Assembly (NCBI RefSeq): GCF_964213995.1
Contig: NC_135808.1
Location: 34,286,001-34,350,000, forward strand
Reading direction: 5' to 3'
DNA from: Mustelus asterias
Lineage: Eukaryota
Length of the DNA stretch: 64,000 bases
Part shown: one piece after another, positions 11,150 through 22,739 of the stretch
How the letters are laid out: each line of letters starts with the position of its first letter
How positions within the stretch are numbered: the first letter of the stretch is position 1
Position numbers and translations under genes: made by a program
The notes under the pieces: generated by a model
Seen by the model: the letters and a program-made list of their open reading frames with translations, nothing else
What the model was told of the DNA's origin: nothing
The model's database searches: none

Positions 11150-13210
11150 CCTGTATCAATCCCAAACTAATCACGCTGCCCCAATCTCCCCCCCCCCCCC
11201 CCGATACCTCTGTATCAATTCCAAACTAATCCTACTGCCCCAAACTCCTCTGATATGCCTGTTCCCTAATATTCCACTGCTCCACTCTCTCCCCATACTC
11301 CTGTGTCAGTCCCAAACTAATCACACTGTTCCATGCTCTCCCCATACTGCTGTATAAATCCCCAAACTAATCCCGCTGTCTCCTCATAGCTTGAATCAAT
11401 CTCAAAATAATCACACTGCGCCACTCTCTCCCTATACCTATGAATCACAATCTAACCGCACTATCCCACTCACTCCCCATACATCTGTATCAGGCTAGTT
11501 AGGGCACCAACTCTGGTCTCCAAGATTACTTGGGTCAGTTGACTATCACCGCAACAGGTCCAGAGCCGATGCCACCTCCCTGGCCCTGCACTCAACCCTG
11601 GAACACCTGGATAACAAAGACACTTGTGTCAGACTCCCATTTATTGACTACAGCTCAGCCCTCAACATCATTATTCCAACCAAACTCCATAGCCTAGGCC
11701 TCAGCTACTCCCTTTGAGACAGGATCCTAAACTTCTTAACCCACAGACCACAATCAGTCAGGATAGGCAACAACACCACCTCCACGATCATCCTCAACAT
11801 CGGTGCCCCACAAGGCTGTGTCCTCAGCCCCTTCCTATACTCCTCATACAGCCATGACTGTGTGGCCAAATTCCCCTCTAATTCAATTTTCAAGTTTGCT
11901 GATGACACCATGTAGTGGGTCGGATGTCAAACAATGACGAGACAGTGTACAGGAATGAGAGAACCTGGTGAATGGTGCAACGACAATAATCTCTCCCTCA
12001 ATGTCCACAAAATGAAGGAGATAGTCATCGACTTAAGGAAGCGTAGTGGAGAACATGTCCCTGTCTGCATTAACAGTGATTAAGTGGAAATGGTCAAGAG
12101 ATTCAAGTTCCACGGTGTCCTGGTTCCTCCATGCTGACACTATAGTTAAGAATGTGATTGTGATTTGATTTGATTTATTATTGTCATGTATTAACATACA
12201 GTGAAAAGTATTGTTTCTTGCGTGCTGTACAGACAAAACATACCGTTCATAGAGAAGGAAAAGAGAGAGTGCAGAATGCAGTGTTACAGTCATAGCTAGG
12301 GTGTAGAGAAAGATCAACTTAATGCAAGGTAAGTCCATTCAAAAGTCTGACAGCAGCAGGGAAGAAGCTGTTCTGGAGTCGGTTGGTACGTGAAACACCA
12401 TGAACGCCTCTACTTTCTCAGAAGGCTAAGGAAATTTGCCACGACACTCTCCAACTTTTACAGATGCACCATAGAAAGCATCCTTTCCGGATATATCGCA
12501 GCTTGGTACGGCTCCTGCGCCGCCCAAGACCGCAAGAAACTACATAGTCCAATCCATCACGCAAACCAGCCTCCCATCCATTGATTCCGTCTACACTTCC
12601 TGCTGCCTTGGAAAAGCGGCCAGCATAATTAAGGATCCCATGCACCCCGGACATTCTCTCTTCCACCACCTTCCATCAGAAAAAAGAGACAAGTCTGAAA
12701 TCACATACCGACTGACTCAAGAACAGCTTCTTCCCTGCTGCCATCAGACTTTTGAATGGAGCTACCATGTATTAAACTGATTTTTCTCTATACCCTAGCT
12801 ATGACTGTAACACTGCATTCTGCAAACTCGTCTTTCCTTCTCCGCTATATACTCTATGAATGGTATGCTTTGTATAGTGCACAAGAAATAATGTTTTTAC
12901 TGAATCTCAGTACATGACAATAATCAAATTAATCCTAATCTAATCCCATTGCCACACATTCCCCCGATACCCGTGTCAATCCCAAACTAATCCCACTATC
13001 CCAATCTCCCATACCCTGTGTCAATCCTAACCTAATTGCATTTCCCCATTATCTCCCCATTTCTCTTTGTCAATCTCAAACTAATCCCACTGTCCCAATC
13101 TCCCTCATATGCCTGTGTCAATCCCAATCTAATCACACCACTTTGCACTCTCCCCATAGTGCACTTTTAATCCCAGTGCCCCAAACTCTGCCCTTAATCC
13201 TTTCTCATTT
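11150..13210. repeat. Degenerate ~38-40 bp minisatellite (ccaaactaatcccactg...ctccccata...tgtgtcaatc) in two blocks, 11150-11490 and 12930-13210, split by a LINE
   Basis: Recurrent 'ccaaactaatc' at about 39-bp spacing in both blocks. Confidence 0.75.
11525..12925 (+). mobile_element. Rex1/Babar-type non-LTR retrotransposon 3' relic, with an inverted tail copy nested at ~12157-12390
   Basis: Translates to [54 protein letters not shown]. Further minus-strand tails of the same family at ~13600-13810, 59095-59380 and 62673-62965. Confidence 0.75.
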
Positions 13211-13309
13211 CTAAACAAAACCTATTGACAACCATTCTTTTCACATTGCTCAGCATCACCATCAAAATAATTTCCCCATTCTCATTCCCCCCCCCATAGC
13301 TCTGTATAA

Positions 13310-13432
13310 ATCGATTGCGTGGATTCCCACTCACCTGAAGAAGGGGCTTGGAGCTCCAAAAGCTTGTGTGGCTTTTGCTACCAAATAAACCTGTTGGACT
13401 TTAACCTGGTGTTGTTAAACTTCTTACTGTGT
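13310..13432 (+). mobile_element. Penelope pLTR fragment with a decayed hammerhead (13332-13368)
   Basis: CAC-CUGAAGA-A-GGGGCU(ugg)AGCUCC-AAAA-GC-UU-GUG. GAAA has become AAAA (CpG-type decay), followed by the Penelope tail. Confidence 0.75.
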
Positions 13433-14034
13433 AAGTCCATTACCCCATCTCTCCCCATAGTCCTGAATCCCACTCTCTCCTCAAAATCCTGCTTCTTTTC
13501 CTGTTTTAATATTTGATCAAATATAATTTCAATCTTGTGATGTGCTGTGCTTCAGTCATTGTATGTGGTGCAATTCTCCATTCTACAACTACCTTTATGT
13601 ATTGTTACATGTATTGGTATACAGTGAAAAGTATACTTTCTTGCGTGTTATACAGACAAAGCATACCATTCATAGAGTACATGGAGGAGAAGGAAAGGAG
13701 TGGGTGCAGAATGTAGCGCTACAGTCATAGCTGGAATAGATCAATTTAATGCGAGTTGGTCCATTCAAAAGTCTGATGGCAGCAGGGAAGAAGCTGTTCT
13801 TGAGTCGGTTGACATGTTTCTTGAGTGTTTCAAAGAATACAGAAGTTTTTTTAACAAGTTGTTATGGAAACGAGTGCAGAAAGCAGATAGAACCATGACT
13901 TTCAAAGAAAGTTGTATAAATAGTTGGAGGAAATATTGCAGGGCTAGGGGGCAAAGAGCACTGGAATGAGGTTAATTGGATCGCTCATTCAAAGAGCCTG
14001 CAATGATATGGTGCCAAATGGCTGCCTTCATGGA

Positions 14035-14352
14035 ATCATAGAATCCCTACAGTGCAGAAGGAGGCCATTCGGCATCAAGTCTGCACTGACCACAATCCCA
14101 CCCACAATAGCCCCAAATATTTACTCCACTAATCTCTTTAACCTACACATTCCAGGAACTAAGTGGCAATTTAGCATAGCCAATCCACCTAATTTACACA
14201 TCTTTGGATTGTGGGAGGAAACTGGAGCACCCAGAGGAAACCCACGCAGACACAGGGAGAATGTGCAAAGTCCACACAGACAGTGACCCAAGCCGCGAAT
14301 TGAACCCGGGTCCCTGGAGCTGTGAGGCAGCAATGTTAACCACTGTGCCACT
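14035..14352 (-). mobile_element. HE1-type SINE
   Basis: Reverse complement of the HE1 head, core and tail. Confidence 0.88.
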
Positions 14353-14758
14353 GTGCTTTTCTGCCTTGTTTCTGAATATCTCACATTCCTGCTAGTAACT
14401 AGTTTCTAGTTTCCCAACCCTGACAGCATCCTGGTGACCTTACACTACTCTTTCTGTACGTTAATATCCTTTCTCTATAGATGGTGCTCTAACTGGACAT
14501 ATTAATATTGTGTTTAATTTTATCACCAGCAATAATACCTAGCGTGTGGATCTTTGAGTATGTGAATATAACTGCATCACAGGTTATTGTGGACATTTGT
14601 GACCAGTATCCAGATTGTTGATATGCATGTCTGGTCAGTGAAACTCTCCACCAGTTTGTAGATTAGTTCAATGGTCTCTCCACTCTGTCGTGTTCACCGT
14701 GTGTTTCACTGTGAGACACTCATTGCTTTCTTGCCTCTCTCTTTCTTTCTCTATACAG

Positions 14759-14904
14759 AAGCTGAAGTTCCTGAGGAGAAGTCTGGTGCAGGGACAGTGA
14801 TCTGTGCTCTGGGACTCGCCCTGGGAATCATCAGTGCTGTTGTAGGGATCATCCTACTGATCAAAGAGAGACAGAGGCTGCAAGCGCAGCAACACGGTAT
14901 CTAG
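14759..14904 (+). CDS. MHC class II alpha chain, last coding exon (connecting peptide, transmembrane, cytoplasmic tail)
   Basis: Long polypyrimidine tract plus AG (14757-58), phase 1. Encodes (E)AEVPEEKSGAGTVICALGLALGIISAVVGIILLIKERQRLQAQQHGI*. 'VICALGL..G......G....IK' matches the class II alpha TM signature. Donor GTAAGT at 14907, two nt after the TAG. Upstream exons were not seen in the window. Confidence 0.87.
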
Positions 14905-15284
14905 GGGTAAGTACATCTGGAGCATAAGCTGTGTGTATCATTAACATTCCTGGAAGTGACTGTCAACCAAAGTCCCTTTTCCTGATTGTTGGTCACTGGA
15001 CCCCTGCAGCAATATACACAAATATGGGTATGAGTGTGAATGGCTGTTATACCCCTTATTAACTCTTATACAGAAAGAACTGTTACTTCCATAACATGCA
15101 GGATAGTTTCCCTCGAGAGGCTTCAGGAGAGGAGAACACTTTCCCTTTCTGATATTACTTTGCATAGAGTCATAGAGGTTTACAGCATGGAAACAGGCCC
15201 AACTGTCCATGCCGTCCAGTTTTTAACCATTAAGCTAGTCCTATTCGCCCACATCCCTCTAAACTCATCTTACCCATTACCCTT

Positions 15285-18200
15285 TGCAGGGGACATGGAC
15301 TGCGTGGAATCTGCTGTCACTGGGCACAATCTGGTGCTGATTTGCAGTCTGTCCCGGCCCTGTGACACGGACCAGTAACACATGCCTGTAACAGATGCTG
15401 CAGTTGCACACATAGCAATGGCTCAAGGGGATGCATTGCCCATGTCTGCACACTGACCTGCATAACCTGTGCCAACATTTGTCATGATGGGAATCTCACA
15501 CAACCCGAATCGGGCCACATGTGGCACCGTGGATTGAGTGGGGTTACCAGCTCTCACAAAGTTTATTTGTTAGTCACAAGTAAGCTTACATTAACACTGC
15601 AATAAAGCTACTGTGAAAATTCCCTAGCCACCACACTCCGGCGCCTGTTCAGATACACCTGAGGGAGAATTTAGCAAGTGGGGGATTGGGGTGGCGCTGG
15701 GTCTATGCAGCCAATGATAATCCGTCATTCTATGCTCTTTCCAAACTCCACTGTGCAGATGTATCTTGGACTAATAGATTTGGAGCTGGACATTATGGAG
15801 GCGGCTTAGGAGGTGGAGGGCGTGGAGAGACCACCGCAGAAGCAGCCAATATCAGACCCTCAGGAATGAGGGCGGGGGGCTGCCGCTGAGAGCCAGGAGG
15901 TGGGTGGGCAGACTCCCGAGAGGGTGCACAGAAGGCGGAGGGTGCCAAGGTCAAGGAGGTACAGGCCCCGGAATTAATTTGAGGCCCTCTCGGTGGCAAT
16001 GTGCCATCTCTGCTGCGGCTCTCCAAGGGCATGGTGCAGCACCTATGTGAGGTGCTCGCACACATGGCACCTCGGGAGGGGCGGCCACCCGCTCCCTGTG
16101 AAAGTTAAGGTGACGGCTGCCCTGAACGTTTTTGCATCGGAGTTATTTCAAGAGCCCAGTGGCGACCTCTTTTGGGGTCTCCCAGGCCTCCGTGTGCGGC
16201 AGGTCACAGATGTCCTGTCTGCCTGGGCAGAACAGTGCATAAACTTTGAGGACCACGCACAGCGGGCTGTAGGCTTCGCTGCCATTGCTGGGATTCCCAA
16301 TGTCCAGAGAGCAGTGGACGGGCCCCACATCGCCTTGTGGGCCCCACATGCAGGACCGCAGCAATTTGTGAATGTTCAAATTGCCTGTGACCATCTAATG
16401 AGGATCACGCAGGTCGATGCACGCCATCCAGGGAGTGTCCATGACAGCTTTGTGATCTGGCAGTCGGACTCTGGGCTCTTTGAAGACCAGCCCAGACTCC
16501 CGGGATGGCTACTGGGTGATGGCTGATGACGCCATGACCTTAGTGGGCATGGAAACTGTTTCCATGCCCACTAAGGTCATGGCTGATGACGCCTGTGCGG
16601 AGGCCCCAGACCGAGGCGGAGTCGCGCTACAACGAGGCCCATGCAGTCACCCGGTCTGTTGTTGAGCGGTGTATCGGCCTGCTGACGATGCGGTTCTGCT
16701 GCTTGGAGCGCTCTGGGGAGGCCCTCCAGTATCAATCTGTGCGTGCTTCACACGTCGTGATCGTTTGCTGCACACTTCACAACATCGCCCAGCAGTGGGG
16801 AGACCAGCTGGAGGAGGAGGCGGAGTGGCAATGGCGCGAGGTGGACGTCCTGCCGTATGAGGAGCCGGAGGAAAGATGGCGGGCGGCGATGGCAGGTGTC
16901 CGGCAAGGAAGGGCAGCGGGAGACGCCTTGATTGCAGCCTGCTTCACCCAGCTGGTGCTGTGCAGTGAGGGGGGTGAAACCACCACACATCCACCACACC
17001 CCAGGAGCAAGTGCGGCCGCTATTCCCCCTCCAAACCGACCTGGGCCCTCAAACCACCACATCACCCTTTTCCCTACTCCTGTCATCCCACCACCCTTTT
17101 TCCCAGTCCCTATTAATGTGCCTGGGCTGGCAATGGTTGCGAGTCTTGTTTGAAGGCTGGAGGATGATGACCACTTGCTGTTGTGCTCACTGGGATCCTG
17201 CCCCTGGTGCAATTCAAGTCTGACCCCTACCTGTACTCTGAATGCACCCTGGCCCCCGTAGCTGTAAGGGTTGGGGACACATGTTTGTGGGGCACTCGAA
17301 GGGAGAGAGGGAGGTCATTTGCATTAAGGGTCTGGTGGATGTTGGGGAAGGTAGGGCAGGCACTCTGAAACATGTGGCTGAGTCTTGCAAGACACAACAG
17401 ACAGCACCTCTATGCATGGGAATGGGGACCACTCAGCTCTGTGGCGGGTTGGGGAGAGTCAGAGGCACATTAGTCACAGCTGTGAGGTGCAAATACAATT
17501 TATTGTGCTCTTAACATTAGTGATGGAGAAACCCTGACTACTGGTGACCTTCACCCTTGCCCTCTTTTAGTGAACTACAACTTCCTAACTTTGTGCGACC
17601 TACTGCTTCTAGGTTCTACCCCAGAATGCACATCAGAGGTGGAGGTGTCCAGCTGTGATGCACACCCCGTTGCCTGTGATGCCCTTGGCGGACGTCCCAT
17701 GGGTGGCCGGGACCTGGAGGGCCCCGACTAACTTGCGGATGGCACTGTTTCAGTGCCACTCTGTTCATCTCGCTGGCCCTGAGATGCCCTGGTGTGAGGA
17801 AAGGGGGAAATCGGAAGGTCTCGGGACGTCCAGGATAGGAACATAAGAACTAGGAGCAGGAGTAGGCCATCTGGCCCCTCGAGCCTGCTCCGCCATTCAA
17901 TAAGATCATGGTTGATCTTTTTGTGGACTCAGCTCCACTTACCTGCCCGCTCACCATAACCCTTAATTCCTTTACTACTCAAAAATTTTTCTATCCTTGC
18001 CTTAAAAACATTCAATGAAGTAGCCTCAACTGTTTCACTGGGCAGGGAATTCCACAGATTCACAACCCTTTGTGTGAAGAATTTTCTCCTCAATTCGATC
18101 CTAAATCTGCTTCCCCTTATTTTGAGGCCATGCCCCCTAGTTCTAGTTTCACCCTCCAGTGGAAACAACTTCCCTGCTTCTATCTTATCTATTTCCATCA

Positions 18201-21200
18201 TAATCTTATATATTTCTATAAGATCACTCCTCATTTTTCTGAATTCCAATGAGTAAAGCCCCAGTCTACTCAGTCTCTCCTCCATAAGCCAACCTTCTCA
18301 ACTCCAGAATCAACCTAGTGTATCTCCTCTGCACCCCCTCCAGTGCCAGTATATCCTTAAGTAAGGAGACCAAAACTGTACTCCAGGTGTGGCCTCACCA
18401 GCACCTTATACAGCTACAACATAACCTCGCTGTTTTTAAATTCCATCCCTCAAGCAATGAAGAACAAAATTCCATTTGCCGCCTTAATTACCTGCAAACC
18501 AACTCCTTGAGATTCTTGCACAAGGACACCCAGGTCCCTCTGCACAGCAGCATGCTGCAATTTTTTACCATTTAAATAATAGTCCATTTTGTTGTTATTC
18601 GTACCAAAATGGATGACCTCACATTTGCCAACATTGTACTCCATCTACCAGACCCTCGCCCACTCACTTAGACTATCTGTATCCCTTTGCAGACTTTCAG
18701 CGTCCTCTGCACACTTTGCTCTGCCACTCTTCTTGGTGTCCTCTGCGAATTTTGACACTCTGCACTTGGTGCCCAACTCCAAATCTTCTATGTAAATCGT
18801 AAACAATTGCGGTCCTAACATTGATCCCTGAGGCACACCACTAGTCACTGATCGCCAACCAGAAAAACACCCATTTACCCCCAATCTTTGCTCTGTTAGT
18901 TAACCAATCCTCCGTGCTTGCTAATACATTTGCCCATAACACCGTGCACCTTTATCTTATGCAGCAGTCTTTGGTGCGGCACCTTGTCAAATGCCTTCTG
19001 GAAATCCAGATACACCATATCCACAGGTTCCCCATTGTTCACTGCACATGTAATGTTCTCAAAGAATTCCACCAAATTAGTCAAACATGACCTTCCCTTC
19101 ATGAACCCATGCTTCCCAGTGGGACAATTTATATCCAGATGTCTTGCTATTTCTTCCTTGATGATAGATTCAAGCATTTTCCCTACTACAGAAGTTAAGC
19201 TAACCGGCCTATAGTTATCCGCCTTTTGTCTACTTTTTTTAAACAGTGGCGTCACATTTGCTGTTTTCCAATCTGTGGGAACCATCCCAGAGTCCAGCGA
19301 ATTGTAAGTTACGACTAGTGCATTTGCTATTTCCCACGCCATCTCTTTTAGTACTCTGGGATGCATTCCATCAGGGCCAGGAGACTTGTCTATCTTTAGC
19401 CCCATTAATTTACCCAACACTATCTCTTTCATGATAATAGTTTCTAGGTCCTCACCTGCCAGAGCCTTCCTGTCATCAATTTTTGGCATGTTATTTGTGT
19501 TTTCCACTGTGAAGACCGACACAAAATACCTGTTCAATGTCTCAGCAATTTCCTCATTTCCAGTTATTACACCCCCCCCCCCCCCTTCCCAGCCTCTAAA
19601 GGACCAATGTTTACTTTAGCCACTCTTTTTCGTTTTATATCTTTGTAGAAACTTTTGGTATATTTTTATATTCTGAGCTAGTTCACTCTCATAATCCATC
19701 TTACTTTACTTTATAGCTTTTTTCGTGGCTTTCTGGTGACCTTTAAAGATTTCCCAATCCTCTAGGTTCCCACTAATCTTTGCCACTTTATATGCATTTT
19801 CTTTCAATTTGATACCCTCCTTTATTTCCTTAGATACCCATGACTGATTATCTCTTTTTCTACAGCCCTTCCTCATCACTGGTGTATACTTTTACTGAGC
19901 ACTGTGAAAGATCGCTTTGAAAGTCCTCCACTGTTCCTCAATTGTCCCACCATAAAGTTTTTGCTCCCAGTTACCTTAGCCAACGCCTCCCTCATGCCTT
20001 TATAGTCTCCTTTGTTTAAGCACAAGACACTTGTATTGTATTTTAAAGTTAACCATACTGTGATCACTTCTTCCGAGAGGATCCCTAACTGTGAGATCAT
20101 TAATTATTCCTGTCTAATTACCCAGGACCAGATCTGGGATAGCTTGCTCCCTCATAGGTTCCATTACATACTGTTCAAGGAAGCTATCACGGATACATTC
20201 TATGAACTCCCCCTCAAGGCTGCCTTGACCGACCTGGTTTGCCCAATTGATATGTAGATTAAAATCCCCCATGATAATTGCTGTATCATTTTTACATGCA
20301 TCAGTTATTTCTTTGTTTATTTCTCGCCCCACCATGATATCATTTGGTGGCCTATAGGCTACGCCTATCAGTGACTTTTTCTCCTGACTATTTCTAATTT
20401 CCACCCAAATGGATTCAACCTTTTTTTCCATAGAATCTATATTAGCTCTCACTACCGCCCTGATGTCCTCCTTAAATATCAGAGCTACACCACCTCCCTT
20501 ACCTTCCTGTCGATCCCTTCCAACAGTCTGATACCCCTCGACATTCAACTCCCAGTCATAACCATCGTGCAACTATGTCTCTAATGGCCACCAAATTATA
20601 CTCGTTCGCAATGATTTGTGCTGTCAACTCATTTACCTTGTTTTGAATCTACGAGCATTCAGATGAAGGGATCACCTGGGTGGAAGACACCGGCATGGGC
20701 TCAAGCCCTTTCTTCTCCCTTGGGGTGCCCAGAGGCCCCAGGGACACTCCATGGGACGCCAGGGTAGCTGGACTGAGCTCCAGAAGCTCCGGCGTCATCT
20801 GGCTCTGCCAGTCCTCGAGGCCCAGATGCGTCTGTCCCATGATGTGTGATCCCTCAGCCCTGGCCCTCAGACTGGGCCAAGCTCTGGAGCCCTTCCGCAA
20901 CAGCATTCAGTGAGCGAGCCAGGCTCTGGAGCCCCTCAGCAGCAGCCCCCTGAGCCTGGGCTAAGTTGTCGAGGTTCACAGCCACTGCCTGCTGTGTCTC
21001 CAGAATGCCAGTGAGAGTCCCAGCCATGGCCAGCAGTGTCTCCCACATGCCCCCGACACCCATGGCCATCGAACGCTGTGCCTCCTGGATGCCAGAAACA
21101 CACTCGCCCGTAGTGTCTCCAGGATGACCTGGACCCTGTCACCCATGAGGGCAGACCCCTGAGCCAGACTTTCCACTGCGGTCACCACCCTTGCAGTGTT

Positions 21201-22285
21201 GGCCTGGATCTCACGCTGTGTTGAAATCACCTCCTGCACCAGCACTCTGTTTGACTCCCCTAAACAGCCTTGCAGTCGCAGCATGGTTGCTGACAGCCCT
21301 TCCACAACTCCCCGGGTTTCCTGATGTATCTCCACCAGCCTTGGGAGGAACAAACCCAGAGGCCCAGCAGCTGGCTTGAGGACAGCTGAATCCTGGCCTC
21401 CAGCAGACCTCCGGGTGCCCGAGCCCTCGGATGTGCCGCCTCCACCCAATGTGCATCAGCGCCTGTGATGTGCTCACCAGATCGTGACCCAGAAGCCTCA
21501 ACACTAAAGATACCCACCGTGGTGATCGTCTCTGTGTTGGTGGGTTGTGTGGTACATATTGCTGCCGCTTCAGTGGTGCTGCCCTCACAGGATTCTTCAG
21601 TGCCTCCCTCCGAGGTGTCATCCAGGGGGTCCTGGGCAGTTCGCTCCAGTGTAGTGGGGGTGGCGGCAACAGCCGAAAGGCCGGGTTCCTCTGGGTCCAG
21701 AGCTGCAATAATAAACACACATTAGGGGAAGGGAGGTATAACATTCTACGCAGCATCGCACTTAGTTTGAGGAGGACCTAGGTTGAGGGTTATGCTGATG
21801 CTCACTTGCATGCTGGATGCCGACCTTTCCATCACCATTCTGGATGTTCATTACCCCCTGCCTGCTCCATGGCACGCTTTTGAACGCTGGTTAGCTGCCG
21901 CAGGTCAGGCACACCACTGCACACCAGTCTGTGCAGTTTCGCACAGGTTCTACATGCTTTTCTCCTGTGGGAACATAAGGTGGATAGCAAGTATTAACAT
22001 ATCGCAGTGCATGGTGCGCTATGCGTGCCTGTGTCTCGGGCGTTATGCTGACAGTTTTGGGGAAAGCGGTCACCACTGAAGGGTGCACATTGAGGGGTGA
22101 GGGGATGGGGTTAGATTCTGTTACTGGGGGAAGGGGGTCTTGTTGCATGGCCTTCAGGTGTCTATGGAGATCCGTACCGACCATTCATGGGGTTCCAAGT
22201 AGGATGCTCACTCACCTTTGCTGTCCGAAGAAGGTCGTACAGTTTCTTCTTGCACTGGTCAAACCGAGGAGTCATGCGCCTGACT
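15285..22285 (+). mobile_element. Harbinger/PIF transposon copy A, truncated at both ends, split by a CR1
   Basis: Colinear with 46240-54940 minus the Gypsy. Nuclease relic on + at ~15900-16960 (AVDGPHI, PGSVHDS, LLGD, YNEAH..TRSVVERCIG); Myb/SANT-gene relic on - at 20669-22285. Confidence 0.85.
17837..20668 (-). mobile_element. CR1 LINE (nearly whole ORF2, decayed) inserted in Harbinger copy A
   Basis: Minus-strand ORF pieces with YRPP/GDFN, KSPGPDG, KAFD, PQGS. Harbinger sequence 'ggacgtccaggat|ggatcacctggg' rejoins across it. Confidence 0.9.
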
Positions 22286-22451
22286 GCTGGGGGTCTGTTG
22301 GGGGGAGCGCGTGTTGCTGGGGGGGGGGGGGGAGCGCGTGCTGGCTGGGGGTGGGGGGGGGGGGGGAGAGAGCGGGTGCTGGCGGGGGGTGGGGGGGGGG
22401 GGGGGGGAGGGAGTGTGGGGTTTGCATAGTGTGTGTTGCTGGATGTCTGTT

Positions 22452-22735
22452 GGGTGGCACGGTAGCACAGTGGTTAGCATTGCTGCCTCACAGTGCCAGG
22501 GACCCGGGTTTGATTCCCGGCTTGGGTCACTGTCTGTGTGGAGTCTGCACGTTCTCCGTGTGTCTGCGTGGGTTTCCTCCGGGTGCTCCGGTTTCCTCCC
22601 ACAGTCTGAAAGGTGCGCTGTTAAGGTGCATTGACCAGAACAGACACCGGACTGTGGCAACTCAGAGAATTTCACAGTAACTTCATTGCAGTGTTAACAT
22701 AAGCGTTACTTGTGACGAATAAATAAACTTAACTT
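22452..22735 (+). mobile_element. SINE with HE1-type head and an alternative tail
   Basis: HE1 head/core followed by 'cacagtaacttcattgcagtgttaa...aataaataaactt'. Tail-only copies at ~15563-15675 (-) and ~35510-35655 (+). Confidence 0.7.
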
Positions 22736-22739
22736 TAAG

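Larger units (their letters stand above)
290..11150 (+). mobile_element. Old, heavily fragmented CR1 LINE ORF2 relic hosting later insertions (pieces at ~290-550, 850-893, 1750-1842, 2064-2230, 2420-2712, 6985-7200, 8925-8995, 9325-9610, 10610-11150)
   Basis: Degenerate endonuclease/RT-type sequence resumes across insertions, e.g. 'gctctgtatttgaatgcagacagc' (LYLNA.S), 'tataggccccct' (YRPP), 'atgggtgattttaat' (MGDFN), and a CR1 C-terminal-like stretch at 10700-11150. Many stops and frameshifts. Confidence 0.6.

Noticed and set aside
11150-13210. CRISPR-like periodic repeat
   Set aside because: Eukaryotic context, whole units are degenerate copies without unique spacers, and there are no cas genes.
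14671-14758. N-terminal part of ORF 14671-14904
   Set aside because: Intronic polypyrimidine tract; only the part after the AG at 14758 is coding.
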